Source of the DNA: Occultella glacieicola
GTDB lineage: Bacteria; Actinomycetota; Actinomycetes; Actinomycetales; Beutenbergiaceae
Length of the DNA stretch: 64,000 bases
Assembly: GCF_004353825.1 (NCBI RefSeq)
Contig: NZ_SMNA01000004.1
Coordinates: 62,001 to 126,000 of the forward strand
Direction: 5' to 3'
Shown here: in pieces, positions 37,525-47,443 of the stretch
Layout: each line of letters opens with the position of its first letter
How positions within the stretch are numbered: the stretch's first letter is position 1
Notes under the pieces: generated by a model
Told to the model about the DNA's origin: nothing
The model's database searches: none
The model's input: only the letters and a program-made list of their open reading frames with translations
Position numbers and translations under genes: made by a program

Positions 37525-38418
37525 TCACCAGGCATCGAGGTGTCGATGCGGCGCCCCCTCCGGTGGGGTGTAGTCGGAGTGCGGGCCGGGAGTGAGGTAG
37601 GTCCGGGCGAACTTCAGGGACGCGGCGACGTCCTCGTGCCGCTCCGCAGCGGAGCGCGCCCGACGGGTCGAGATCTCCACGCACACGTCCCCGGACCAGC
37701 CGCCGGTGACGAGATCGGCGAGCAGCTCCCGGGCCGGCTGCGTGCCCCGGCCGGGCACCAGGTGCTCGTCCATGATCGACGTGGTGCCGTCGGTGAGGTG
37801 GACGTGCCGCAGCCGGGGGCCGAACTGCCGGGCCAGGGCGCGGCTGTCCTGCCGGGCCACGGCCGCGTGCGACAGGTCCAGGGTGACGTTGTCGTAGTCA
37901 TGCTCCGTGGGGTCCCAGCCGGGCAGGTAGGCGCGCATCACCTCGCGCTTGCGGCCACGCCACGGGTACATGTTCTCGACGGCGACGATCACCCCGGTCG
38001 CCTCGCTGAGCTCGCGCACGTGCTCGACGAAGCCGTTCGAGTAGCGACGTTGCCACCGGAAGGGCGGGTGCACCACGACGACCTCGGCGCCGACCTCGAG
38101 CGCGAGGTCGACCGAGCGCTCGAGTTTCGGACCGGGCAGCCGACCCCACACCCCCTGGCTGAGCACCAGGGACGGCGCGTGGATGCTCGTCACCGGCTGC
38201 CCGTGATCGGCCGCGAGCCGGTTCAGGGCCTTCGCGTCCTTCGTGGTCGAGTCGGGCAGCACCATGATCTCGAGGCCGTCGTAGCCGAGCTCGGCCGCCA
38301 CCTCGAACGCGAACGGGGTCTTGCGCGGGTAGACGCTGATGTTCGACAGCGTGACCCGGATGCCCGGCGCCCGTGCGCCGTCGGCAGTCGCCGGGTCGGT
38401 CACGGTCGCCTCGCCCAT
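37525..38418 (-). CDS. sugar phosphate isomerase/epimerase family (TIM barrel)
   Basis: ELGYDGLE, SIHAP, VVVHPPFRWQ, AVENMYPW, TLDLSH, HVHLTDG, DEHLVPG. Confidence 0.85.
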   Translation of the reverse strand: MGEATVTDPATADGARAPGIRVTLSNISVYPRKTPFAFEVAAELGYDGLEIMVLPDSTTKDAKALNRLAADHGQPVTSIHAPSLVLSQGVWGRLPGPKLERSVDLALEVGAEVVVVHPPFRWQRRYSNGFVEHVRELSEATGVIVAVENMYPWRGRKREVMRAYLPGWDPTEHDYDNVTLDLSHAAVARQDSRALARQFGPRLRHVHLTDGTTSIMDEHLVPGRGTQPARELLADLVTGGWSGDVCVEISTRRARSAAERHEDVAASLKFARTYLTPGPHSDYTPPEGAPHRHLDAW

Positions 38419-38467
38419 GCGCAGCAGCCTATGGCTTGGGGCTGGGAGTCGCCTGGGAAGGCACCGC

Positions 38468-40126
38468 TCAGGCCGACGGCGTCCAGGCCTCAGCCTCCAT
38501 GAGCCGTCGGCGAGCGGCCTCGCCACCGATGCTCGCGATCTCCTCGCGCGGCCCGACCAGCACGAGCAGACTCCTCGCCCGGGACAGGCCCGTGTACACC
38601 ATCGAGCGGGCCCGTTCCTGCTCCCGGAAGCCGTTCACGGCGAGCACCACGACCGGCCGTTCCAGGCCCTTGAAGTTGAGCACGTGCCCGTAGAAGACGT
38701 CGGTGCCCTCGAAGAAGTCGTCCCAGTACGCGTCATGCCCGACGGCGTCGATCCGGTTGATCTGTTCCGGGTGCCTTCGCCTGGTGGTCAGGAGGGCGAC
38801 GTCGCCCGGGTCCCAGCCCTCCTCGAGGAGTGCGTCGACGGCGTCGTCCGCGGCCTCGACGGCGTCCGCGGCGGGCACGTCGATGAGCCGGACGGGCGTG
38901 CCCGCGCCGCCGCGCGCGGTGATCCGGCGGTCGCTGACGGAGCCGCTCAGCTGGGCGATCGGCTTCGTGGAGCGCAGGTTCTCGTGCAACTCGAACGGGG
39001 CCAGGTCGATCGGTGCCGTGCCGCCGCGGGCGAAGACCTGCTGTCCGGCGTCGCCGAACAGGAACAGCCCGCCGCGCTCGGGATCCTTCAGGCAGCGCAG
39101 CAGCGACGTCCACCACAGGTCCCCGAAGTCCTGGGCCTCGTCCACGACCACGGAGTCGAACAGGTCCGACGGCGGCCGCTCGGCGGCGAGGTCGGCGAGT
39201 GCGAGCGGCAGCCGACGCTCCCAGTAGTCGGGGTCGTCATCGGTGCCGGGCTCGGCGCCCCAACTCCGCGGCAGGTCGTGGAACAGGCCGACGTACGCCG
39301 GCCGGCTCCTGGCCGGCCAGGCGTCGGTGACCCGCCTCAGGTAGCGGCCCAGCCCGCGGGAGTAGCAGAGCAGGGCGATGCGCTCACCCGTGCGCGCCCG
39401 CCGTCGGGCCTGCTCCAGGGCAAGCCACGTCTTGCCGCTCCCGGCCCCACCCACGACCTGGAACCGCTGCTGGCCGGCGACGAAGCGCAGGACGTCGGCC
39501 TGGTCCCGGGTGAGCAGATCCAGCCGGTCGAGCTCCGCGCGGACCTCGCCGAGCACGTCGGTCTGCGCGCCCAGCTGGCCGGCGAGCACGTCGTACAGAT
39601 CCTGGGCGTCCTGGGCGTCGAGCCCGCGTTCGCCCTGGCCGTGCGTTCCGATCGCCCGGAACACCCGAGCGGCGGCCGCGGCCACGTCCACGGCGTCGAT
39701 GATCATCGACCGCGGGCAGTCGCTGGTCTCGAAGTCCGGCCCGAACCGGGTGTGCGGGAACGCGACCAGGTGGGCGGTGCGTGCCTCGCCGGCGCCGATC
39801 CCGCGCCGGCGGAGTTTCTCCTGCAATAGGTGCCGGGCGTCCTGGACCTGGCGGACCGGGTTCATCCGATGCGAGTCGGTTCCCGAGCCCTGGTGCCAGC
39901 CCTGGTCGTTGTGCCAGACCTGACCGCCCTTGACCTCGATCGCGGCGATGCCGACGCCCGGCCAGAGGACGAGCAGGTCGATCTCCCGCTCGGTGCTCTC
40001 CTCGAGCAGGTTGACCGAGTGGAGCAGGGTGGCATCCGGCGGCAGCTGCTCCGCCAGCGCCCGCCAGAGCACTTCCTCGGCCGTGTTCCGCCCGAAGTCG
40101 GGCGCCTCGGGCCACAGGATCGCCAT
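38468..40126 (-). CDS. NERD nuclease fused to superfamily 1 helicase/ATPase
   Basis: AE, EIDLL, IEVKGG; Walker A GGAGSGKT, Walker B VVDEAQD, FGD.GQ, N.RS, FKGLE, YTGLSRA. Confidence 0.88.
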   Translation of the reverse strand: MAILWPEAPDFGRNTAEEVLWRALAEQLPPDATLLHSVNLLEESTEREIDLLVLWPGVGIAAIEVKGGQVWHNDQGWHQGSGTDSHRMNPVRQVQDARHLLQEKLRRRGIGAGEARTAHLVAFPHTRFGPDFETSDCPRSMIIDAVDVAAAAARVFRAIGTHGQGERGLDAQDAQDLYDVLAGQLGAQTDVLGEVRAELDRLDLLTRDQADVLRFVAGQQRFQVVGGAGSGKTWLALEQARRRARTGERIALLCYSRGLGRYLRRVTDAWPARSRPAYVGLFHDLPRSWGAEPGTDDDPDYWERRLPLALADLAAERPPSDLFDSVVVDEAQDFGDLWWTSLLRCLKDPERGGLFLFGDAGQQVFARGGTAPIDLAPFELHENLRSTKPIAQLSGSVSDRRITARGGAGTPVRLIDVPAADAVEAADDAVDALLEEGWDPGDVALLTTRRRHPEQINRIDAVGHDAYWDDFFEGTDVFYGHVLNFKGLERPVVVLAVNGFREQERARSMVYTGLSRARSLLVLVGPREEIASIGGEAARRRLMEAEAWTPSA

Positions 40127-40199
40127 GACCTCAGTTCTAGCGGAGACGGGCCGGTCCCGGGCCACAACGGTCGCCCGGACGTTGAGGTAGGAATGACCC

Positions 40200-40442
40200 A
40201 TGACCGACGACATCCAGGCCCGCCTCAGCGCGATCGAGCACCACATCGACGTCCTCTACAACAAGGCCGGCCTGCAGGCGCCGTACTCCTTCGACGGCTG
40301 GGTCGCCGAGGGTGGGCCCTCGTCGCGCGTCGCCGACCTGCTGGCCCGCGGCAAGAAGATCGAGGCGATCAAGGCCTACCGGGAGGAGACCGGGGCCGGT
40401 CTCAAGGAGGCCAAGGACGCCGTCGACCGCTTCGAGCGCTGA
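40200..40442 (+). CDS. small protein with ribosomal L7/L12 C-terminal-like domain
   Basis: GKKIEAIKAYREETGAGLKEAKDAVD; 80 aa, not a full RplL. Confidence 0.85.
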   Translation: MTDDIQARLSAIEHHIDVLYNKAGLQAPYSFDGWVAEGGPSSRVADLLARGKKIEAIKAYREETGAGLKEAKDAVDRFER

Positions 40443-40450
40443 GCCCCGCG

Positions 40451-42076
40451 TCAGAGCAGTCCGGCGCCCGCCGCGACCGTCAATGCCTCGGCGCGGCTGG
40501 ACACGCCAAGCTTCTGGTAGGCCGCGCGCAGATGCGTCTTCACGGTGTTGAGCGACAGGTACATGGCGTCGGCGAGTTCCCTCTGGGAGCGGAACGACGC
40601 CAGCCCGCGCAGCATCAGCAACTCCTGGTTGGTCAGCCGGACCACGGCGACCTCGGACGGGAACATCGACCGCTCCCGGCCGTCCGCGGGTGGCGCGGCC
40701 GTTCCAAACTCCGGCAGCAGGACCCGCCGGTCCGGGTCGGCCAGCCCCGCGAGCGGCAGCCGCAGCCCCGTCGAACCGGTCACCTCCTGCACCAGGGCGA
40801 ACGCCTCACGGGCCTCGCGGAGTCGGCCACCACGCACGGCCGCGGCCGCCCGCACGACAAGCCCTTCGAGGCGGACCCGCGAGGTGTGCGTGACGGCGAC
40901 GGCCTCGGCGGCCAGCCGGTCCGCCTCCTCCGGGCAGCCGGCGAGCAGCTCCAGGCGAGCGCGGCCGACCGTCAGGATCGGATCGGGCGCCATCCGGTTC
41001 AGCCGGGCCAGGGCCTGGTCGCCCCGCCCCACGGAGAGCAGCAGATCGACCTGTGCCGCGGCGAGCAGTGGCCCCATTGTGCTGGCCGGCCCGAGCCGGG
41101 CCGCGTAGCGCTCGGAGTCGCGCCGCAGCCAGGACAGGGCCCGGTGCCGGTCGCCCCACACCAGGGCGTGCCGCGCGTGCAGGAACGTCACCACCGGCCC
41201 CCAGCTCTGCTCGACGTTGACGCCCTGCTCGAGCCGCGAGAGCGCCTCGGCTGCGCCGACGCCGTCGAGCGTCTCGATCGCGACGAGCGCACGGGCGAGG
41301 TCCCCGGTGAACAGGACGCGCTCGGTGTGCGGCGAGGCGGTCGAGGGGATCTCGTCGTGCCGGGCCAGCCACCGGCGGGCGATGTCGACGTCACCGCGGA
41401 TCGCGTTGAGGAGGGCGAGATTGCCGGCGGCGCCCTTGGCCACGTAGGGGGAGCGCCCGTAGGGACACCGCTCGTACGCGCTCTGCAGCAGGGGAACCGC
41501 GCCGTCGACGTCGCCGGCCAGCCCGCGGGTGATGCCGGCCTGCAGCAGGGCGAGCGGTTGCCGGACCCGCCGCGCCGCGGGCACCGTCGTCTCCACGAGG
41601 TGGCTGAGGACACCCACCCGGTCCGCGTGCTCGAGTGCCTCGGGATATCGGCCGCCGATGCGGGCCGCGACCATGTGGGCGCAAGCGAGCGTGAGGTCGG
41701 CCAGCGCCTGGTGCCGGGCATCGCTGTCGTGCAGCGACTCGGCGTAGGCCATCGGCGGGGTCGGCGCGTCCGCCGGGACGATGTGCTGCGGCTCGATGCT
41801 GGTGGCGAGCCAGATCTCGCGAACGGCGGCCACGCCGCGGGCCGTGCGCAGCGACTCCAGGGGGAGGGTCTGGAAGGCGGCGTCCAGGTCGGCGGGGAAC
41901 TCCTCGATCAGCATCCCCCAGGCGCCGCCGATGATCCTCGCGGCATCCGACCACCGGCCGGTCGCGAGCGCGTCCCGCAAGGCGGTGACGGGGTCGGCTT
42001 CCCGCGTCCGCGGCCGCGGGGCGCCGGCTCGAGGCTGCGCGCTCAGGAGCTGGGTGGTCAGGTCGTACGAAGACAT
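40451..42076 (-). CDS. LuxR family transcriptional regulator (helical-repeat N-terminus)
   Basis: C-terminal LT..E..A..MYLSLNTVKTHLR..YQKLGVSSR.EA. Confidence 0.9.
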   Translation of the reverse strand: MSSYDLTTQLLSAQPRAGAPRPRTREADPVTALRDALATGRWSDAARIIGGAWGMLIEEFPADLDAAFQTLPLESLRTARGVAAVREIWLATSIEPQHIVPADAPTPPMAYAESLHDSDARHQALADLTLACAHMVAARIGGRYPEALEHADRVGVLSHLVETTVPAARRVRQPLALLQAGITRGLAGDVDGAVPLLQSAYERCPYGRSPYVAKGAAGNLALLNAIRGDVDIARRWLARHDEIPSTASPHTERVLFTGDLARALVAIETLDGVGAAEALSRLEQGVNVEQSWGPVVTFLHARHALVWGDRHRALSWLRRDSERYAARLGPASTMGPLLAAAQVDLLLSVGRGDQALARLNRMAPDPILTVGRARLELLAGCPEEADRLAAEAVAVTHTSRVRLEGLVVRAAAAVRGGRLREAREAFALVQEVTGSTGLRLPLAGLADPDRRVLLPEFGTAAPPADGRERSMFPSEVAVVRLTNQELLMLRGLASFRSQRELADAMYLSLNTVKTHLRAAYQKLGVSSRAEALTVAAGAGLL

Positions 42077-42220
42077 GCTGCCCCCTCGGCAGGTCCTAGC
42101 AGACGTTCGTTGCTCGGCGCCGGCCGGGTGGCCGCGCTCCGAGGTCCAGGACTGAGGTTAGGGCATGCGCCCGGTGGGCCCCACGCGCGCCGAGTCGTGC
42201 GCGGGGCCCACCGGTCCGGA

Positions 42221-45200
42221 TCAGCGGGGGCGCACGCCGTGGTATCCGCGTCCGCGGCGGCCGAGGAACAGGAGCGAACCGCCGGCCAGGAGCAGAACCG
42301 CGGCGACCAGGGCGATGACCGAGCCGGCTCGGGTGCCCGTCGTCGGCAGGCTCGCGTCCGGCTCCTGCGAACCGGACTCGGTCGTCGACGGGTCCGAGGT
42401 GATCGGTTCGCCTTGGCCCGGTGGCGTCGCGCTGGCCGTGGCCGTGTTCGACAGGGCGTCACCCGTCAGGTCGGCCTCCTGCACGGCGTAGGTCGCCGTG
42501 CAGACGATCTGCGCGCCGGGCGGCACGGCGCCCTGCGGGCAGGTGACCTCGGAGAGATCGCCGGCACCGGAGAAGGCGCCCTCCGTGACGGCCACGTCAC
42601 CGAGTGTGACGTTCCCGGTGTTGCTCACCAGGAAGCTGTACGTGACGGTCTGGCCCACGGAGGTGACCGTCGGGACGTCCGCCGTCTTGACCAGGGTCAG
42701 TCCCGGCGTGTGCGGCGCCTCGATGGTGACCAGCGACGGCGGCGAGTCGACCGGCGGGGTGCCGGTCCCCGGTGGCGTGCCGACCGCCGTCGCCGTGTTG
42801 CTCAGCAGCCCGGCGTCCACGTCCGCCTGCGTGACGACGTAGGTCGCCTCGCAGGTGACCGACTCCGCCGGGGCCAGCACGCCGGCCGGGCAGACGACTT
42901 CACCGAGGTCGCCGGTGCCGGAGAAGTCGCTGTCGTCGACGACGACATCACGGAGCGTGACGTTGCCCGTGTTCGTGACCAGGAAGGTGAACACGACCGC
43001 CTCCCCGGCGCTCGTGAACCGCTCGAGGTCGGCCGACTTCACCAGGCTGACGCCGGGCGCGGGCGGCACGTCCACCTCGGTCTCCGACGGCGGAGCCTCC
43101 ACCGGGGTGCCGCCCGGGTCCGACGTGGGCGGGGTCGCCGTGGCCGTCGCCGTGTTGGTCACACCGCCGGCGTCCACGTCCTCCTGCGTGACCTCGTACG
43201 TCGCCGTACAGGTGACGTCCTCGCCCGGGGCCAGAGTGGTGGTCGGGCACTCGATGTCGGACAGCTCGCCGGTACCGGAGAACTCGCCCTCGACGGGCGC
43301 CACGTCCGACAGCGTCACGTTGCCGGTGTTCGTCAGCAGGAAGCTGTACGTGATCACGTCGCCGGCGGCCGCCACCGAGGCCGGGCTCGAGGTCTTCACG
43401 GCACTGAGACCGGGGGCGGGCTCGCTGCCGACCGTCGTCTCGGACGGCGGAGAGGTCACCGGCACATCGGAACCCGGCGGGTTTCCGGTCGCCGTGGCCA
43501 CGTTGGTGACGCCACCGGCATCGACATCGGCCTGCGTCAGCTCGTACGTCGCCGTGCAGGTGGTCTGCGCCGCGGGAGCCAGCGTGGTCGTCGGGCAGAC
43601 GATCTCGGACAGCTCCCCGGTGCCGGTGAAGTCCTGCTCCTGGACGGCGATGCCGTCGAGAGTGACGTTGCCGGTGTTGATCACCAGGAAGCTGTAGCTG
43701 ACTTCAGCACCCGCGTCGTCGACCGAGGCCGGAGTCGCGGTCTTCACCACGCTCAGCGACGGGTTCGGCGGCAGCTCCACCTGCACCTCCGACGGCGGCG
43801 AGTCGACCTCACCGTCCGACGGGGTGTTCCCGGTGACGGTGGCCCCGTTGTGCAGCTCTCCGCTGTCGACGTCCGCCTGCGTCAGCGTGTAGGTCGCCGT
43901 GCAGGTGGTGCTCGCGTTCGGGGCGAGCGTCGTGGCGGGACAGCTGATGGCGGACAGCTGACCCGTTCCCGAGAAGTCCTCGTCCACGATCGCGATCGCG
44001 TCGACGGTCACGTTGCCGGTGTTGGTCACCAGGAACGAGTACGTCACGGTGTTCCCGGCCGCGGCGCCGACCGGGGACGAGGTCTTGGTCACCGTCAGCG
44101 CCGGGTTCTCCGGTGCGTCGACCGTGACGGTCGACGGCGGGGTCTGGGTGTCGCCGCCGCCCGGCGGCGTGCCACCGCCGGTCGCGGTGTTCGTGACCCC
44201 GCCGTTGTCGATGTCGGCCTGCGTCAGCGTGTAGGACGCCGTGCAGATGGTGGAGGCGTCCGGAGCCAGGGTGGTCGTCGGGCAGGTGATCGCCGACACC
44301 TCACCCGAGCCGGAGAACGCGGTCTCGTCGACGTGCACGCCGGTGAGCGTGACGTTGCCGGTGTTCGTCAGCGCGAAGCCGTACGTGATCGTGTCGCCGA
44401 TGGCGGATACCTCGGCCGGGCTCGCCGACTTCACCAGAGTCAGCGCCGGCGAGTCCGGTGTCTCAACCGTGACCGAGGACGGCGGTGAGTCGACCGTGCC
44501 GCCGCCGGGCGGGGTTGCGGTGGCGGTGGCGGTGTTCGTGACACCGACCGCGTCGACGTCCGCCTGCGTGAGCACGTACGTCGCCGTGCAGGTCGTGGTC
44601 GCGCCGGGGGCCAGCGTCGTGGCCGGGCACTCGATCGCGGACAGGTCGCCGGAGCCGCTGAAGTCGCCCTCGTCGATGGCCACGCCCGTGAGGGTGGTCC
44701 CGCCGGTGTTGGTGACGGCGAACCGGTAGGTGATCTCCTGCCCGACCGTGCCGCTGGAGGCGGGGGTGGCGGTCTTGACGACCGTCAGAGCGTCGTCCGC
44801 CTCGTCCTCGTAGTCGAAGGTCGACGGCACCGACGTGATCGGCGGGGTCAGCGGCGGGGTGCCGTTCGCCGAGGCGGTGTTGGTGACGCCGCCGGCGTCG
44901 ACGTCGGCCTGCGTGAGGGTGTAGTCCGCGGTGCAGGTCGTGGACGCCCCCGATGCCAGCGTCGTGGTCGGGCAGCTGATGTCGCCCAGCTCACCGGTGC
45001 CGGTGAAGGCGCCTTCGTCGATGGTGATCGCGGTGAGGTCCGTGTTGCCGGTGTTCGTGACGAGGAAGCTGTACTCGAGCGTGCCGCCGTCGGCGAAGAC
45101 CGAACCGTCGTCGAGCACGGCCGACTTCACCACGGAGACGCCCGGCGCGTAGTCCGGGGTGGTCGTGACCGTCGCGGTGTTGTTGTCCAGGTTCGGGTCG

Positions 45201-46420
45201 TTCTCGTTACCCGTGACCGTCACGGTGTTCGTGATCGGGTCGATGCTGTTCGGCGCCGTTGCGGTCACCTCGAAGTTGCGCTGCTCCCCTGGTGCCATCG
45301 TGCCGTACGCGCAGGTCATGAGGTTGCCGACGAACGAGCACTCGGTGTTCGGGCTGGAGAGGTCTGTGAGCGAGGCCGGCAGCTCGTCCTGGAAGTAGTG
45401 GCCGGACGACGTGACTGCGCTGTCGTTGATGACGTGGATGCCGAAGGTGATGGTGCCGCCTGGCGTGTGGGCACTCCGCACTGTCTTCAGGATCGCGAGG
45501 TCGACGTCAGGTCCGGGGTTGCTGGTCGCGTCGTTGTTCGAGTTCGGCGTCGGGCCGTTGACCGTCGAGAGGATCGTGAACGTTGGGTTCGCCGAGGTCG
45601 CGTTCGTGATGCCGAGCTGGATCACGTCGCCCGAGTCGTTGGCGGAGAGCCCGAGGTTCCCGTTTCCGTAGACCCACTGCCCGCCGTAGGTGACCGCCGG
45701 AACGTTCGTCTCCCAGGAGGCAGCCGCTCCGGAGTCGAGATCCACCCGCCAGATGCGGCTGTCGTTGCCCATCCCCCAGAGGTAGCCCTCCAGGACCACG
45801 AGGTCGGAGGTGTTCGGTACCTCTTCGCTGAGCGTGATCGGGGTGGCCACGCGCGTGGTGAGGTCGATCGCGTAGACCGTGCCGAGGTCGAGCGTGCCAC
45901 GCACGTACAGCGTGTTCGCGTCATCGTCGCCGGCGCCGAACGTTCCCTGTTGGTAGTACGAATCGACGTTCAGTCCGGTGATCGCACCCAGGTCGGTCAC
46001 GGCACCGCCTTGCCCGATACGCAGCAGTCGCTGGGTGTCCTGTTGCACGCCGTAGAGGTAGTTGTCCACGGTGTTGTAGCCGATGGCGTTGTAGGGGACG
46101 GCCGCCGTGCCCTCGGCGACGAAGGTGAGGTCGGCACCGACCTGCTCCGCCCGGTAGAGGGTCGTCGGTCGGTCCTGCGCCAGGAAGACCGCTGCCACGT
46201 CAGGGTCGAACGGGTCGCCGTCGGCCGCGTTGGCAGCCGTCGTCGTCGCCAGCGTGCCCGCCGCCGTCAGTGCGGTCGCCGTCAGCGCGACGGCGAGAGC
46301 TCCACGCGCCAGACGGGACAGGACGCCGCCGCCGGAGCCTCGAGACCGTCGCGGCCGTCGCGGCCGTGCTGTGTTCCTGCGATGCCCATCGCGCTCCGAG
46401 CGCACACCTGCGATACCCAT
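42221..46420 (-). CDS. large LPXTG surface protein: beta-propeller-like head, DUF11-like domain, 8 DUF7507-like repeats
   Basis: Long signal peptide, YNAIGYN..DNYLYG head, repeated Y.F.VTNTGNVTL..CP.TTLAP..CTA.Y.LTQADVD.G..NTAT, LPTTG + TM + basic tail. Confidence 0.88.
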   Translation of the reverse strand: MGIAGVRSERDGHRRNTARPRRPRRSRGSGGGVLSRLARGALAVALTATALTAAGTLATTTAANAADGDPFDPDVAAVFLAQDRPTTLYRAEQVGADLTFVAEGTAAVPYNAIGYNTVDNYLYGVQQDTQRLLRIGQGGAVTDLGAITGLNVDSYYQQGTFGAGDDDANTLYVRGTLDLGTVYAIDLTTRVATPITLSEEVPNTSDLVVLEGYLWGMGNDSRIWRVDLDSGAAASWETNVPAVTYGGQWVYGNGNLGLSANDSGDVIQLGITNATSANPTFTILSTVNGPTPNSNNDATSNPGPDVDLAILKTVRSAHTPGGTITFGIHVINDSAVTSSGHYFQDELPASLTDLSSPNTECSFVGNLMTCAYGTMAPGEQRNFEVTATAPNSIDPITNTVTVTGNENDPNLDNNTATVTTTPDYAPGVSVVKSAVLDDGSVFADGGTLEYSFLVTNTGNTDLTAITIDEGAFTGTGELGDISCPTTTLASGASTTCTADYTLTQADVDAGGVTNTASANGTPPLTPPITSVPSTFDYEDEADDALTVVKTATPASSGTVGQEITYRFAVTNTGGTTLTGVAIDEGDFSGSGDLSAIECPATTLAPGATTTCTATYVLTQADVDAVGVTNTATATATPPGGGTVDSPPSSVTVETPDSPALTLVKSASPAEVSAIGDTITYGFALTNTGNVTLTGVHVDETAFSGSGEVSAITCPTTTLAPDASTICTASYTLTQADIDNGGVTNTATGGGTPPGGGDTQTPPSTVTVDAPENPALTVTKTSSPVGAAAGNTVTYSFLVTNTGNVTVDAIAIVDEDFSGTGQLSAISCPATTLAPNASTTCTATYTLTQADVDSGELHNGATVTGNTPSDGEVDSPPSEVQVELPPNPSLSVVKTATPASVDDAGAEVSYSFLVINTGNVTLDGIAVQEQDFTGTGELSEIVCPTTTLAPAAQTTCTATYELTQADVDAGGVTNVATATGNPPGSDVPVTSPPSETTVGSEPAPGLSAVKTSSPASVAAAGDVITYSFLLTNTGNVTLSDVAPVEGEFSGTGELSDIECPTTTLAPGEDVTCTATYEVTQEDVDAGGVTNTATATATPPTSDPGGTPVEAPPSETEVDVPPAPGVSLVKSADLERFTSAGEAVVFTFLVTNTGNVTLRDVVVDDSDFSGTGDLGEVVCPAGVLAPAESVTCEATYVVTQADVDAGLLSNTATAVGTPPGTGTPPVDSPPSLVTIEAPHTPGLTLVKTADVPTVTSVGQTVTYSFLVSNTGNVTLGDVAVTEGAFSGAGDLSEVTCPQGAVPPGAQIVCTATYAVQEADLTGDALSNTATASATPPGQGEPITSDPSTTESGSQEPDASLPTTGTRAGSVIALVAAVLLLAGGSLLFLGRRGRGYHGVRPR

Positions 46421-46623
46421 GGATGAGTCCTCCCCCGCTGTCCAGTGATGACGACGCCGAAGGCTCGCTCGAAGCGGCTCAACACGACGTCCTGGCCAGC
46501 CAATCGTCCCGGGATCCGAGTGGGCAATCGTTTCCGGGGCATCTCACCCCGGATCTCACCCGGGGAGCGTGGGCACCCCGCGGGCACGTGTGGGCAGGTG
46601 CTCGCTCCGCCGGGCCGGTCAGC

Positions 46624-47358
46624 TCACTCGGCGTCGAGCAGGGTCAGGGCCACGTCGCCGACCCGCTCGGCCTCGTGGTCGCTGCCGGTGAGGTCGGGCC
46701 GCACCAGCAACACCGAGCCGAAGACACCCTCGATGCATCCTTGGGCGGTGATCGCCTGCGGGTCGTCCGCGCTGGGAACGATCCGAACGGTGTAGTTCGC
46801 GCCGTCGAGCTGGGCGTCGTGGAACAGCATGAGCTCGAACATCTCGCAGGCTCGGGCTGGTTCGATCTGCTCACCGGCCTCGACCGCCGCGATGGCCTCC
46901 TCCAAGGTGGCGCGCTCGTCCTCGGAGATCTGGTCGGCATACAGCGGCTCGGCGAGCAACTGCTCGGCGTTCGATGGCAGACCGGTCGCCCAGACTTCGG
47001 CTCCGACCAGGATGACCTGCACGCCGATCGTGTTGAGATTGCCCCAGATACAAGCGGGTACCCCACCGACGTCGTGGGGCCGCGGCTCCAGTTCCGCGCC
47101 GGCGAGGGTGGCTACGGCATCCGCGCCCAGATGTGAGCACGCGTCTGCGACCTCGTCGACGTCCGACGGGCTCGGCTCCTCGGCCGGTGTCGTGCTCACG
47201 TCCGCGGTCGGCTCGGGGGCCGGGTTCTCCTGGACGGGCGCCACCTCGGCTGCGGATCCGGACCTGGGCCCGATCGCCGAGGGCTCGGTCGGCGAGCAGC
47301 CGACGAGGGCGGCCATGACGAGACAACTGCCGGCGACCAGCGCCCGGGCACGGTTCAT
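46624..47358 (-). CDS. hypothetical lipoprotein
   Basis: Lipobox LVGC, P/E/T linker, Cys-containing globular part. Confidence 0.75.
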   Translation of the reverse strand: MNRARALVAGSCLVMAALVGCSPTEPSAIGPRSGSAAEVAPVQENPAPEPTADVSTTPAEEPSPSDVDEVADACSHLGADAVATLAGAELEPRPHDVGGVPACIWGNLNTIGVQVILVGAEVWATGLPSNAEQLLAEPLYADQISEDERATLEEAIAAVEAGEQIEPARACEMFELMLFHDAQLDGANYTVRIVPSADDPQAITAQGCIEGVFGSVLLVRPDLTGSDHEAERVGDVALTLLDAE

Positions 47359-47443
47359 GGGCGGATCCCACCAGTCGCGGCACTCCGGCGTCAAGGTCGG
47401 ATGAGGCCACACCCGGCCCCGGGAGGGGTGGCAGGATGAATCG

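Noticed and set aside
40200..40442. rplL
   Set aside because: Too short, lacks the L12 N-terminal dimerisation domain and hinge, and no rplJ is adjacent
39830..44488. 1552-aa plus-strand ORF
   Set aside because: Shadow of the LuxR and surface-protein genes; its repeats only mirror the real protein's repeats
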